From: an uncultured bacterium
GTDB taxonomy: Bacteria > Acidobacteriota > Thermoanaerobaculia > Multivoradales > JAHZIX01
Assembly: GCA_965368975.1 (NCBI GenBank)
Contig: CBDUPA010000003.1
Location: forward strand, 288,001 to 352,000
Length of the DNA: 64,000 nt
Direction: 5' to 3'
Numbering within the stretch: the stretch's first letter is position 1; every line of letters starts with the position of its first letter. The notes under the pieces are model-generated. The model had not been told where the DNA came from. It did not search any database and was given only the letters and a program-made list of their open reading frames with translations. Shown piece after piece: positions 18,984-27,662 of the stretch. Both the position numbers and the translations under genes were made by a program.

Positions 18984-20167
18984 CCAGATTCGGATCCGTT
19001 GTTGGACTCCCGAGGCGGCAGAGGGCGTTCTTCCAGTTTCCACAGGAAGGCGCCCTCTTGCTGTTTGCGCACTTCCGGCGTCAGGCCCCGATAGCCGTAC
19101 GGGGGCCGGCGCAAGCGGCGGGTGAGAGCGAGCAGGAACCAGCCGAGCGGCAGGTAGAAGCCGATCAGGTCCCAGTCACGCAGCCAGCGGTGTAGCTTGT
19201 TCTTGGCCGGCTGGCGGCGACGGTCGCGGTAGTGGCGCACGAAAGTGACCGCCCAGGTCCACGGCATCGCCTTGTGCAGCAGGCCGCGACGTCGCGCGCG
19301 CGCCAGGCGCTGCTTGAGCAGGCGCCACTGGTAGGGGTGCTGACCGTAGCGCTCGACGTAGCGGTCCATCTCGGCCTGCATGCGCTGGCGCACTTGCTCG
19401 GCGACGGCCTGCAACTTGGCCCGGTCCGGGTTGTCCAGGTCGATACCGGCTTCTCGCACCATCGCCGCGACATCGAGTGGTTCGCCGATAACGAACACCA
19501 TGCGCGTGGGCAGCGCCAGGTACCAGGTCCAGGGCAGCAGCAGCGTGATCGGTGCTGCCGGCAGCGGTATGAAGGGCACGCCGAAGAGCTTTTGCACCAA
19601 CCAATCGACCGGCTTGAAGGTGTAGTTGAAGGGGATGATCCACTCGGCGTTGATGATGTAGGTTGGGTAGATGGGGGCCTGGTGGCGCGCTCCCAGCAGG
19701 ATAAAACTGGTGGAAAAGCGCTGCAGCTCGTAGCGGTGATTGAAGCCCTTGCCGATACCGGGTACGCCCTCCGGGTAGTACAGGATGCGCTCACCGCGCG
19801 CCAACAGCTGGTCGAAGTTGTCGAACGTCAGGTCGACACCGCCGCCGCGACGCCAGAAGTTGTCGATACCCCACGGGCGCATCCACCAGGTGGTCGTCAG
19901 CTCGCGCTCGAAGACCGAGCGGATCTTGGCCTCGCGCGTCCGCCCCTGGCGGCTCCATAGCAGGCCGTCGAGCACCATGGCGTCGTAGGGGAAGGCGTTG
20001 CCGCTGTGGTTGGGGGCCAGGATCAGCGGCCCCTTGTCTGGGAGACGGTGGGCGCCCAGCAGGCGAGGGCGGAAGTAGGCATCGACGAAGAGCGGAGCGA
20101 AGACCTCGTCGACCAGGTCGCGCATGTAGGCGGCGTCGAAGGGTTCGTAGTAGCGCGGCTCGCTCAT
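18980..20167 (-). CDS. PlsC/DGAT2-like (lyso)phospholipid acyltransferase family protein
   Basis: Start MSEPRYYEPF overlapping the upstream stop. Motifs LILAPNHSGNAFPYD and YYPEGVPG. Confidence 0.85.
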   Translation of the reverse strand: MSEPRYYEPFDAAYMRDLVDEVFAPLFVDAYFRPRLLGAHRLPDKGPLILAPNHSGNAFPYDAMVLDGLLWSRQGRTREAKIRSVFERELTTTWWMRPWGIDNFWRRGGGVDLTFDNFDQLLARGERILYYPEGVPGIGKGFNHRYELQRFSTSFILLGARHQAPIYPTYIINAEWIIPFNYTFKPVDWLVQKLFGVPFIPLPAAPITLLLPWTWYLALPTRMVFVIGEPLDVAAMVREAGIDLDNPDRAKLQAVAEQVRQRMQAEMDRYVERYGQHPYQWRLLKQRLARARRRGLLHKAMPWTWAVTFVRHYRDRRRQPAKNKLHRWLRDWDLIGFYLPLGWFLLALTRRLRRPPYGYRGLTPEVRKQQEGAFLWKLEERPLPPRESNNGSESG

Positions 20168-21873
20168 TCTCGCCCTCGCCGTAGGGGGATCAGAAACCCG
20201 AGCAAGAAGAGCACGATGGACACTGGCAGTGCCCACGGGGCGTCCGACGTCAACAGCACGGCACCGGCGAGCATGCAGAAACCGCCGAAGAGCGTGCCGC
20301 GCAAGCCGGCTAGCGGGTTCTCCTGGGGCTGTTGCGTCATTTGTTCGAGCACGCGCAGGCTCTCGGTGACCAGCATCGGAGACTTGACCACTGCGTCGAC
20401 CAGTTCGGGCGCGCCGCGCAGGCTCTGGCGCAGCAGGCGTATGGGCCCGAATTGATGGAGGAAGATCTTGTTGATGTGCTTCTGGCTCAGCTCGACGATG
20501 TCGAGGTCCGGTTGCAGGATGTAGCCGACGCCCTCGAAGGTCACCAGCGCCTTGACCATCAACACCATCTCGACGGGGAAGTAGACGCGGAACTGACCAC
20601 CCAGATTGACCGACTGCAGGATCAGCTGCGCCAGCGAGAAGCCTTCGAAGTTGGAGCTGCGGTGCCAGCGCTGTGCGATCTCGGTCAGCGCGCGGCGGAA
20701 GCCGACCGGATCCGAGCCGTAGCCGGTCGTGGCGACGGCGGCCAGGTAGCGCGACGCGTTGTCGGCGTCGCCCATGACCAGGCAGTAGTAGTAGTACATC
20801 AGCGTGCGCCGTAGGTCTTCGTCGAAGCGGCCGACCATGCCGAGGTCGATGAAGCCGGCCCGCGGCCCCTTGCCGTCGCGCCCGGGCAGGATGATCAAGT
20901 TGCCTGGGTGCAGGTCGGCGTGGAAGAAGCCGTCCTGGTACAACATGCGGATGATCGCCTCGGCCCCCAACTCGACGATGCGGTCGCGGTCTTCCTCGGG
21001 CAGGGCTCGTGCCTCCGGCGAGTCCGGCTTGATGCCGTCGAAGAACTCCATGCACATGACGTTCATCCCCGAGTACTCGCGGTAGATCTTGGGGAAGACG
21101 ATGTCGGGGTCGTCGACGAAGTTGGCCGCGAAGGTCTCGGCGTTGTCCGCCTCGCGGCGCAGGTCGATCTCCTTAGAGGTGTAGTCGACGAACTCGCGGA
21201 TGACCTGTCGCGGTCGGTAGGCCGGAATCAGCAGTTGTAGCAGACCGCCGAAGAGCTTGAGCAGACGCGCGTCGCGGGTCAGCAACTGGCGGATGCCGGG
21301 CTTGACCACCTTGAGGATCACCGAGTCGCCATGCACGGTAGTGGCCCGGTGGGTCTGGGCGATCGACGCCGAGCCGATCGGTCTCGGGTCGATCCAGCTG
21401 TACGCTTCGTCCAGCGGGCAGCGCAGGTCCGCGGCCACCAGCTCCACGTAGCGGTCAAAGGGCACTACGGGTAGGCGGTCGAGCAGGTTCTTCAGCTCGT
21501 CGGTGATCGAGTGCGGCAGAATGTCTTGGCGCAGCGATAGCACCTGCCCGAGCTTGATATACGTTGGACCGAGGATTTCGAGCCGGCGGCGCAGTTGCAC
21601 CGGGAACGGCTGGCGCCGCAGGTCGCCGCGCACGAACGGCACAGCGAAGAAAGCCGCGACCCGCAGCAGCCACCAGAGCAGGCCGCTGCGCAGCGCCTTC
21701 GGCCGATCGCGCACCGCCGCGACCATGCCGCCGAGGCCGAGGCCGAGCAGGTGGCGTTGCGTGGTGAGGAAGCGTCGGAGTAGCCCGGGTGGCGGCCGCT
21801 CGATCAGCAGCTCGAAGCCCTCGAGGGGATCTTCCGGCGCTTGCTCTTCGCTTGCGGAGGCTCCAGCCGTCAT
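20164..21873 (-). CDS. AarF/UbiB/ABC1 family atypical kinase
   Basis: LGPTYIKLGQ (KxGQ), GSASIAQTH, FFHADLHPGN, IDLGM, two C-terminal TM helices. GAGGAG RBS upstream of ATG 21873. Confidence 0.92.
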   Translation of the reverse strand: MTAGASASEEQAPEDPLEGFELLIERPPPGLLRRFLTTQRHLLGLGLGGMVAAVRDRPKALRSGLLWWLLRVAAFFAVPFVRGDLRRQPFPVQLRRRLEILGPTYIKLGQVLSLRQDILPHSITDELKNLLDRLPVVPFDRYVELVAADLRCPLDEAYSWIDPRPIGSASIAQTHRATTVHGDSVILKVVKPGIRQLLTRDARLLKLFGGLLQLLIPAYRPRQVIREFVDYTSKEIDLRREADNAETFAANFVDDPDIVFPKIYREYSGMNVMCMEFFDGIKPDSPEARALPEEDRDRIVELGAEAIIRMLYQDGFFHADLHPGNLIILPGRDGKGPRAGFIDLGMVGRFDEDLRRTLMYYYYCLVMGDADNASRYLAAVATTGYGSDPVGFRRALTEIAQRWHRSSNFEGFSLAQLILQSVNLGGQFRVYFPVEMVLMVKALVTFEGVGYILQPDLDIVELSQKHINKIFLHQFGPIRLLRQSLRGAPELVDAVVKSPMLVTESLRVLEQMTQQPQENPLAGLRGTLFGGFCMLAGAVLLTSDAPWALPVSIVLFLLGFLIPLRRGRE

Positions 21874-21892
21874 GGGAGGCTGGCTCCGCTCC

Positions 21893-23449
21893 TCAACGAT
21901 TCCGCCCGTACTGTTCGTGGCTCGACACCCAGTCGAGCGCCGAGATCGCCGAGCCGAGGGAGATCTCGCCCGCCAGCGCGACGCCAGCGACGATCTCGGC
22001 GAACTTGAGCACCTTGCCCTTGCCGTAGCAGTCCAGCACCTCCAGGCACTCGCGCTGCGTCGGCAGGCTGGTGCCGCCGCCATAGGTGGCGACGATCAGC
22101 GACGGAATGGTCAGCGAAATGTAGAAGTCGCCGTTCTTGTCGACCTCGGTGTAGAGGACTCCGGCCGACGACTCCGAGACGTTGGCGACATCCTGGCCGG
22201 TGGCGATGAACATGGCGGTGATGGCGTTGGGCGAGTGGCAGCCGTTGTTGTTGGCACCGGAGAGGAAGGCGCCGATGTTGGCGACGTTCGAGTGGTAGTG
22301 CAGCGTTTCCGGCTCGACGCGCATGTGCTGGATCAGCACGTCACGCGGGATCGTACACTCCGCCGTCACGCGCTTGCCGCGCGTGCGCATGACGTTGATC
22401 TGCGACGCCTTCTTGTCGGTAGCGAAGTTCGATTCCAGGTAGAAGTGGCGCACGTTGTCGAGCTGGTCGAGGATCCAGCTACAGGCGGCGAAGGTGGCGC
22501 GTCCAACCATGTTCTGTCCCGCCGCGTCCCCCGTCGAGTAGTTGAAGCGCAGGTAGGCGAACTTGTTCGAGAGGTAGGTGTCGATGTAGACCAGCTTGGC
22601 GACGCTCGAGGTTTCCTCCGCGGCCTGCCGAATGTGGTCCATGTTCTCTTGGATCCAGTCGCGGAAATCGCGTGCCTGGCGCGCCGAGTCGAAGACGAAC
22701 ACCGGTGCACGCTGCATGACGTCGCCGACCACCGTGCAGGTGACGCCGCCCGACAAATTGAGCACCTTGATGCCGCGGTTGTAGGACGCCACGAGCGTGC
22801 CTTCGGCGGTGGCCAAGGGGATCAGGAATTCGCCGATGGCGTGCTCGCCATTGACCTGCAACGGACCAGCGAAGCCGAGCGGTACTTGTGCTACACCGGT
22901 GAAGTTCTCGATGTTGCCCTGCGTTACCGCCGGGTCGAACGAATACTTGTTGACGTGTTGCAGCTGGACGCCGGTCTGCTGTTCGATGAACGCCTGCCGC
23001 GCGGCGACAATCTCGGGAGTGTAGTTGTCTTCCTTGTCGAGCGGCACGATGGTGCGCTCGACCTGTTCCTCGATCGCGTCCTCGACCTCGAAGTCGAGGC
23101 TACCAAAGGGCTTGGCCTCGAAAGCGATGTTGATCCTGTGCTTGCCCTCGGGCAGAGCCGCGCCGGTATTGCACAGCACCAAGAGCGCCTTGCGCAGCGG
23201 GAAGTCGATCGGCGACGTCTCACTGATCTCCGTCGCCGCGACTCTGTGGTCCCCGAGGTCGAGCTGGATGTGCGCCACGTCGATCTCTTGGCCGTTGATG
23301 CGAATGCTCTTGACGCCAGTCAGGGTGGCGTCGTTGAGGCGGTTCTTGATTCCGAAACGCACGCCCTTGTCTGTATTGAGCAAGCTGCTGTAGGTGTACA
23401 GCTGGCGCAGAACCATGGACGGAATCTTGAACAGGTTGGGAAATTTCAT
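21893..23449 (-). CDS. Hydroxymethylglutaryl-CoA reductase (class I-like) with ~130-aa N-terminal extra domain
   Basis: NIENFTG, PLATAEGTLVAS, TGDAAGQNM, ESNFATDKK, ATGQDVA, ATYGGGT, LAGEIS and terminal His (SSHEQYGR). Confidence 0.9.
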   Translation of the reverse strand: MKFPNLFKIPSMVLRQLYTYSSLLNTDKGVRFGIKNRLNDATLTGVKSIRINGQEIDVAHIQLDLGDHRVAATEISETSPIDFPLRKALLVLCNTGAALPEGKHRINIAFEAKPFGSLDFEVEDAIEEQVERTIVPLDKEDNYTPEIVAARQAFIEQQTGVQLQHVNKYSFDPAVTQGNIENFTGVAQVPLGFAGPLQVNGEHAIGEFLIPLATAEGTLVASYNRGIKVLNLSGGVTCTVVGDVMQRAPVFVFDSARQARDFRDWIQENMDHIRQAAEETSSVAKLVYIDTYLSNKFAYLRFNYSTGDAAGQNMVGRATFAACSWILDQLDNVRHFYLESNFATDKKASQINVMRTRGKRVTAECTIPRDVLIQHMRVEPETLHYHSNVANIGAFLSGANNNGCHSPNAITAMFIATGQDVANVSESSAGVLYTEVDKNGDFYISLTIPSLIVATYGGGTSLPTQRECLEVLDCYGKGKVLKFAEIVAGVALAGEISLGSAISALDWVSSHEQYGRNR

Positions 23450-23621
23450 CGCTCAGGCACCTCGTGGTGGTTCGTACGGGAGTTAGGACGGTTCCTAGCT
23501 TATCCGCTGAAGGAGAGCTTGAACAGCGGTCGTTGCCGGCCCCACATTGCGACCTGCGGATTGCCCGTGGGCGACAAAAGATGAGAGACTTCGTTGCTGT
23601 TTTGGCAACACGAACGCCCCA

Positions 23622-24140
23622 ATGATCGAACTCACGACCCACAGCCCTGAAGACACGCGAGCCCTTGGCCGTCGCCTCGGGGCCCAGCTACCCGCCGGTA
23701 CCGTCGTTGGTCTCGACGGCGACCTGGGAGCCGGCAAGACCTGGCTGTGCAAAGGCCTGGTCGAAGGCATCGGCACCTTCGATGCCGCTTCGGTCAAGAG
23801 CCCGGCCTACAACCTGGTGCACGAGTACCCGGTGTACAGGCCTGACGGCGCAACGCAGCTCGTCATCCACATCGACTTCTACCGCCTGGAAGAGCTCTCC
23901 GACACCGACGCCCTGCTCTTCGCCGAGTACTTCGAGCGCCGCGACACGATCGTCTTGGTGGAGTGGGCTCGCCGCTTTCTGGCTGAACTGGTACCGGGTT
24001 TTCTTGCCGTGGAGTTGCAAACGGTGCCCGGCGCCGACGAACAACGCCAGATCCGCCTCGACACCGTGGGCGACGGCTATGACGACCTCTTGGCGACCCT
24101 GACGGCCACCGTCTCCGCCCATGTCCGGAACCTTGCATGA
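23622..24140 (+). CDS. tsaE: t6A biosynthesis ATPase TsaE (divergent)
   Basis: GDLGAGKT Walker A, VKSPAYNLVHEY, HIDFYRL, LVEWA. Confidence 0.88.
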   Translation: MIELTTHSPEDTRALGRRLGAQLPAGTVVGLDGDLGAGKTWLCKGLVEGIGTFDAASVKSPAYNLVHEYPVYRPDGATQLVIHIDFYRLEELSDTDALLFAEYFERRDTIVLVEWARRFLAELVPGFLAVELQTVPGADEQRQIRLDTVGDGYDDLLATLTATVSAHVRNLA

Positions 24141-24898
24141 AGACGCTGATCCTCGATACTTCCAGCTCGCGCACAACTGTCGCCCTGGCTGAGATCCCGT
24201 TGCCCGGCGGCGGCGAGTCCCGGCTGTCTGACAGCCGCAGCCTCGACGTTCAGCCGCTGACCCACCTGCACGAAATGGCGCGCGACCTGCTGGCCGGACT
24301 CGACCTGTCGATGCGCGACCTCGACGCGGTCGCCGTCGTCGCCGGCCCTGGTTCCTGGACCGGACTCAACATCGGCGTCACCGCGGCCAAGACCCTGGCG
24401 CAGGTACTCGAGATCCCCGTGATCCCCCTCGGCAGCCTCGACTGCCTGGTGGCGGCGATCGATCCAACGGCAGGCGGATCCTCGGTGCCGCCCGCCACCC
24501 CCGTGTACGCCCTGCTCGACGCCAAGCGTCGCAAGGCCTACTGCGGCGTCTACACGATGGGGGAGCAAGGGGTCGTCGACCTGACAGACATCGAGGGCGT
24601 CGCCGGTCAGCGAGACCGCCAGCTACAGGTGCTACCGATCGACGAAGTGTGCCAGCGACTGCGCGTCGATGCCCAGACGAGCCGGCCCCTGGTCGTCGAA
24701 TACGGCAACGTCCTCTCCGCACAGATGGCGCGCGAGGTCGGGGAAGCGGAGGTGCGAAGCGTCGCCCACCTCGACCCCCACGGCCTGCTGCGCGCGCTAG
24801 GTGCGGCCCGAGGTCGAGCCCTTAGTGGTGAAGCCGCGCTGACCTTCTCACCGCACTATCTGCAAGATGCCTTGGCTGGCCAGGGATCGGGTAGCTGA
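24137..24898 (+). CDS. tsaB: t6A biosynthesis protein TsaB (divergent)
   Basis: LILDTSS, GPGSWTGLNIG, LDAKRRKAY. ATGA coupling to tsaE. Confidence 0.85.
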   Translation: MKTLILDTSSSRTTVALAEIPLPGGGESRLSDSRSLDVQPLTHLHEMARDLLAGLDLSMRDLDAVAVVAGPGSWTGLNIGVTAAKTLAQVLEIPVIPLGSLDCLVAAIDPTAGGSSVPPATPVYALLDAKRRKAYCGVYTMGEQGVVDLTDIEGVAGQRDRQLQVLPIDEVCQRLRVDAQTSRPLVVEYGNVLSAQMAREVGEAEVRSVAHLDPHGLLRALGAARGRALSGEAALTFSPHYLQDALAGQGSGS

Positions 24899-24902
24899 GA
24901 CG

Positions 24903-25961
24903 ATGAGCCAACTGATCCTGGGCATCGACACCACCTGCGACGACACCGGCGTTGGCGTCGTCGAGGACGGCGTCCACATCCGCGCCAACGTCATCGCGTC
25001 GCAACACGCGGCGCACGAGCGCTACGGCGGCATCGTACCGATGATCGCGGCGCGCCAGCACGTGCGCAACGTCAACGTGATCCTGCAGGCAGCGCTCGAA
25101 GAAGCCGGCGTCGGCTTCGCGGATCTCGATGCGGTCGCCGTGTCCAATGACCAGGGGCTGCTGCTGTCGCTCGTCGTCGGTGTCGCGGCGGCCAAATCGA
25201 TCGCCTTGGCGCAGGGCATCCCGCTCATCGGTATCCACCACCTCGAAGGACACATCTACTCGCCCCTGATGGACCATCCCGACGAGCTCGAGTTCCCGTT
25301 CGTCCTGCTCACCGTCGCCGGCGGTCACACGCTCCTGCTCGAAGTCACCGACCACGGCCACTACCACCTGCTCGGCCACACCCGCGACGACGCCGCCGGC
25401 GAAGCCTACGACAAGATCGCCCGCCGTCTCGATCTCGGCTATCCCGGCGGCCCCGTCATCGACCGCCTGGCGGCCGAGGGCGACCCCAAGGCTTTTGACT
25501 TTCCGCGTCCGATGATCGACAAGCCGCACGCAGAGGTCAGCTTCAGTGGCCTCAAGTCGTCCGTCATCCGCACGATTGACCGTCTGGAAGAAGCAGGGGA
25601 AGACCTACCCGTTGCCGACCTGTGCGCCAGCTTCCAACAAGCCGTGGTCGACGTGCTGGTGAGCAAGACCCTGCGCCTGGCCGAGCGCAAGAAGCTCGAA
25701 CGCATCGCCCTGGCCGGTGGCGTCGCCATGAATCGCCAACTGCGCGCCGCGTTGACAGCCGGCGCGACGGAGCGAGGTTTCCGTACGTTTCTGCCGCAGC
25801 CCAAGTTGTGCGTCGACAACGGTGCCATGGTCGCTGGTGCCGCCTACTTCCTCTGGCGCCAGCGCGGTGAGGCCAGCTCGCTCTCGATCGACGCGCGGGC
25901 CAATGCTCCGCTGGGTGAGCTAGAGGCGAAGTACAAGCACGCGACGAAGTACCAGGACTAG
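24903..25961 (+). CDS. tsaD: tRNA N6-adenosine threonylcarbamoyltransferase TsaD (divergent)
   Basis: LGIDTTCDDT, HHLEGH metal motif, GGHT, DDAAGEAYDK, YPGGP, SFSGLK, DNGAM. Confidence 0.9.
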   Translation: MSQLILGIDTTCDDTGVGVVEDGVHIRANVIASQHAAHERYGGIVPMIAARQHVRNVNVILQAALEEAGVGFADLDAVAVSNDQGLLLSLVVGVAAAKSIALAQGIPLIGIHHLEGHIYSPLMDHPDELEFPFVLLTVAGGHTLLLEVTDHGHYHLLGHTRDDAAGEAYDKIARRLDLGYPGGPVIDRLAAEGDPKAFDFPRPMIDKPHAEVSFSGLKSSVIRTIDRLEEAGEDLPVADLCASFQQAVVDVLVSKTLRLAERKKLERIALAGGVAMNRQLRAALTAGATERGFRTFLPQPKLCVDNGAMVAGAAYFLWRQRGEASSLSIDARANAPLGELEAKYKHATKYQD

Positions 25962-25971
25962 CCGATGGACT

Positions 25972-26736
25972 TCAAGCGCTGGACGCTTGATGTTCCAAGG
26001 CGCTCTCTGGTTCCTGGTAGGTCTTGACCCCGGCCCGCCGCAACTCCTTCGACGTCACCGGTCCGATCGACCACGCCTTCAGCTCCCCAAGACGCTCCAT
26101 CCCCCCAGGCACCTCGGCCAGCACGTCCAGGAAATGCCGCACGATCCTTGGACTGGTGAAGGTGACCCAGCCGATCTCGTGGCGGAAGATCTCGCGCGCC
26201 CGCTCGATGGTTCCTGCTGGCAACACCTTGTCGTAAGCGACGGCCGCCTTCACCTCGACGCCCGCGTTTCGTAGTCCGTCGACCAGATCCGGACGTGCGT
26301 CCGCCGCCTGCGGTACCAGGACCTTGGCGCCGACTCCCACGACGTTCACCAGCTCCCGCGCCAGGTCAGCCGCCGTACCTTGTCCCACGAGCCGCGGCTC
26401 GATGCCGCGACGCTGCAGGGCTGCCGCGGTGGCTTTCCCGACGCTGGCAGCTCGCACGGTTTCCCAACGAGTCCCTGCCGGCATCCGATCGCACAGGGGA
26501 TCTACCGCATTGGCCGACGTCACGGCCAGCCATACGTCTTGGCCCGCACCGGCCGCCGTTGTCGCCGCCGCAAGCTCGGCCGCCATCGCGCGTAGCGGCC
26601 GATCGTCCTTGACCTCGACGACCTCGAGCAGCGGCAGCAGCACCACCTCGAAGCCGTCCTCCTCGAATTTCCTGACCCAGCTGTCGGCCTGGTGTGTCGG
26701 CCGGGTGATGACGATGCGGGGGCGCTTCGGGCTCAT
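25972..26736 (-). CDS. hemD: Uroporphyrinogen-III synthase
   Basis: IVITRP, TSANAV, VGKATA, FTSPRIV, IGPVTS. Follows hemC with an overlap. Confidence 0.88.
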   Translation of the reverse strand: MSPKRPRIVITRPTHQADSWVRKFEEDGFEVVLLPLLEVVEVKDDRPLRAMAAELAAATTAAGAGQDVWLAVTSANAVDPLCDRMPAGTRWETVRAASVGKATAAALQRRGIEPRLVGQGTAADLARELVNVVGVGAKVLVPQAADARPDLVDGLRNAGVEVKAAVAYDKVLPAGTIERAREIFRHEIGWVTFTSPRIVRHFLDVLAEVPGGMERLGELKAWSIGPVTSKELRRAGVKTYQEPESALEHQASSA

Positions 26737-27662
26737 CGAGCCGAGCGGCGGATGCGCTTGAGGACGTCTGCGGCACCGTTGTCGCGCATCGCTTGGATGC
26801 ACGTGCTGGTGGCTATTCTAGGGTCCGCGTCGACTCCGTAGCCGCGCGCGGTGTGCTGACCATCGGGGGTGAGGAGGATGGCGTCGAGGGCGAAGCGGCC
26901 GTCGTCCAATCTACGGCCCCAGGCGCCGAGGGGCAGCGTGCAGTTGCCACCGAAGCTGCGTGAGATCTGGCGCTCGGCATGCGCAGCGTCGCTGGCATCC
27001 GTGTCATTCAAGCGGCTGCAGATCTCGTGGGCGACGGAATCGCGTTTGGCTTGCAGGACCAGGGTACCTTGACCCGGTGCAGGGACCATGGCGGCATCGC
27101 CGGAGGCAGCGATGGGGTGGGCGGGAAAGCCGCTGAGATCCAGGCGACGCAGGCCGGCGGCAGCGAGGATGACGGCTTGCCCGCCGCCTCCACGCCACTT
27201 CTCGATGCGCGTGTCGATGTTGCCGCGGATCGGCTTGACGCGGAGGTCGGGACGCAGGCGGAGGAGCTGAGCCTGGCGGCGCATGGAGCCGGTCAGGACG
27301 GAGGCGCCGGTCGGAAGGGCACCGAGGGTCGAGGCCACGTTGCTGATCAGGACATCGCGCGGGTCTTCGCGCGGCGGGAAGGCGGCCAGGGTCAGTTCCG
27401 GTGGCACCAAGGCCGGCATGTCCTTGAGACTGTGGACCGCCAGGTCGATCGAGCCGCTGAGCAATCCGGCTTCCAGCTCCTCGGTGAAGAGGCCCTTGCC
27501 GCCGATCTCGGCCAGCTGGCCGGAGAATCGATCACCGCGGGTGACGATGGTCTCCAGCTCGACCTGCAGGCCCGGTTCGAGCGCTTCTAGCTGGCGGGCG
27601 ACCCACGAGCTTTGTGCCACGGCGAGCTTGCTGCGGCGGGTTCCCAACTTCAAGACAGTCAC
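26733..27662 (-). CDS. hemC: Hydroxymethylbilane synthase
   Basis: GTRRSKLAVAQ, GGKGLFTEELE, AVHSLKD, IRGNIDTR, GGNCTLP. Confidence 0.96.
   Translation of the reverse strand: MTVLKLGTRRSKLAVAQSSWVARQLEALEPGLQVELETIVTRGDRFSGQLAEIGGKGLFTEELEAGLLSGSIDLAVHSLKDMPALVPPELTLAAFPPREDPRDVLISNVASTLGALPTGASVLTGSMRRQAQLLRLRPDLRVKPIRGNIDTRIEKWRGGGGQAVILAAAGLRRLDLSGFPAHPIAASGDAAMVPAPGQGTLVLQAKRDSVAHEICSRLNDTDASDAAHAERQISRSFGGNCTLPLGAWGRRLDDGRFALDAILLTPDGQHTARGYGVDADPRIATSTCIQAMRDNGAADVLKRIRRSAR

Noticed and set aside
18980-21055. 691-aa ORF suggesting a long N-terminal fusion on the acyltransferase (likewise extended starts for ppx, mrpE, the UbiB kinase and the TPR protein)
   Set aside because: The extensions are Arg/Pro-rich off-frame read-through of upstream genes. 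Downstream ATGs with RBS or ATGA coupling are the better starts.
21503-23584. 693-aa plus-strand ORF, and similar long antisense ORFs (39843-41819, 48320-49657, 49721-51280, 11934-12983)
   Set aside because: These are shadow ORFs opposite well-supported genes, expected in high-GC DNA, with no motifs of their own.
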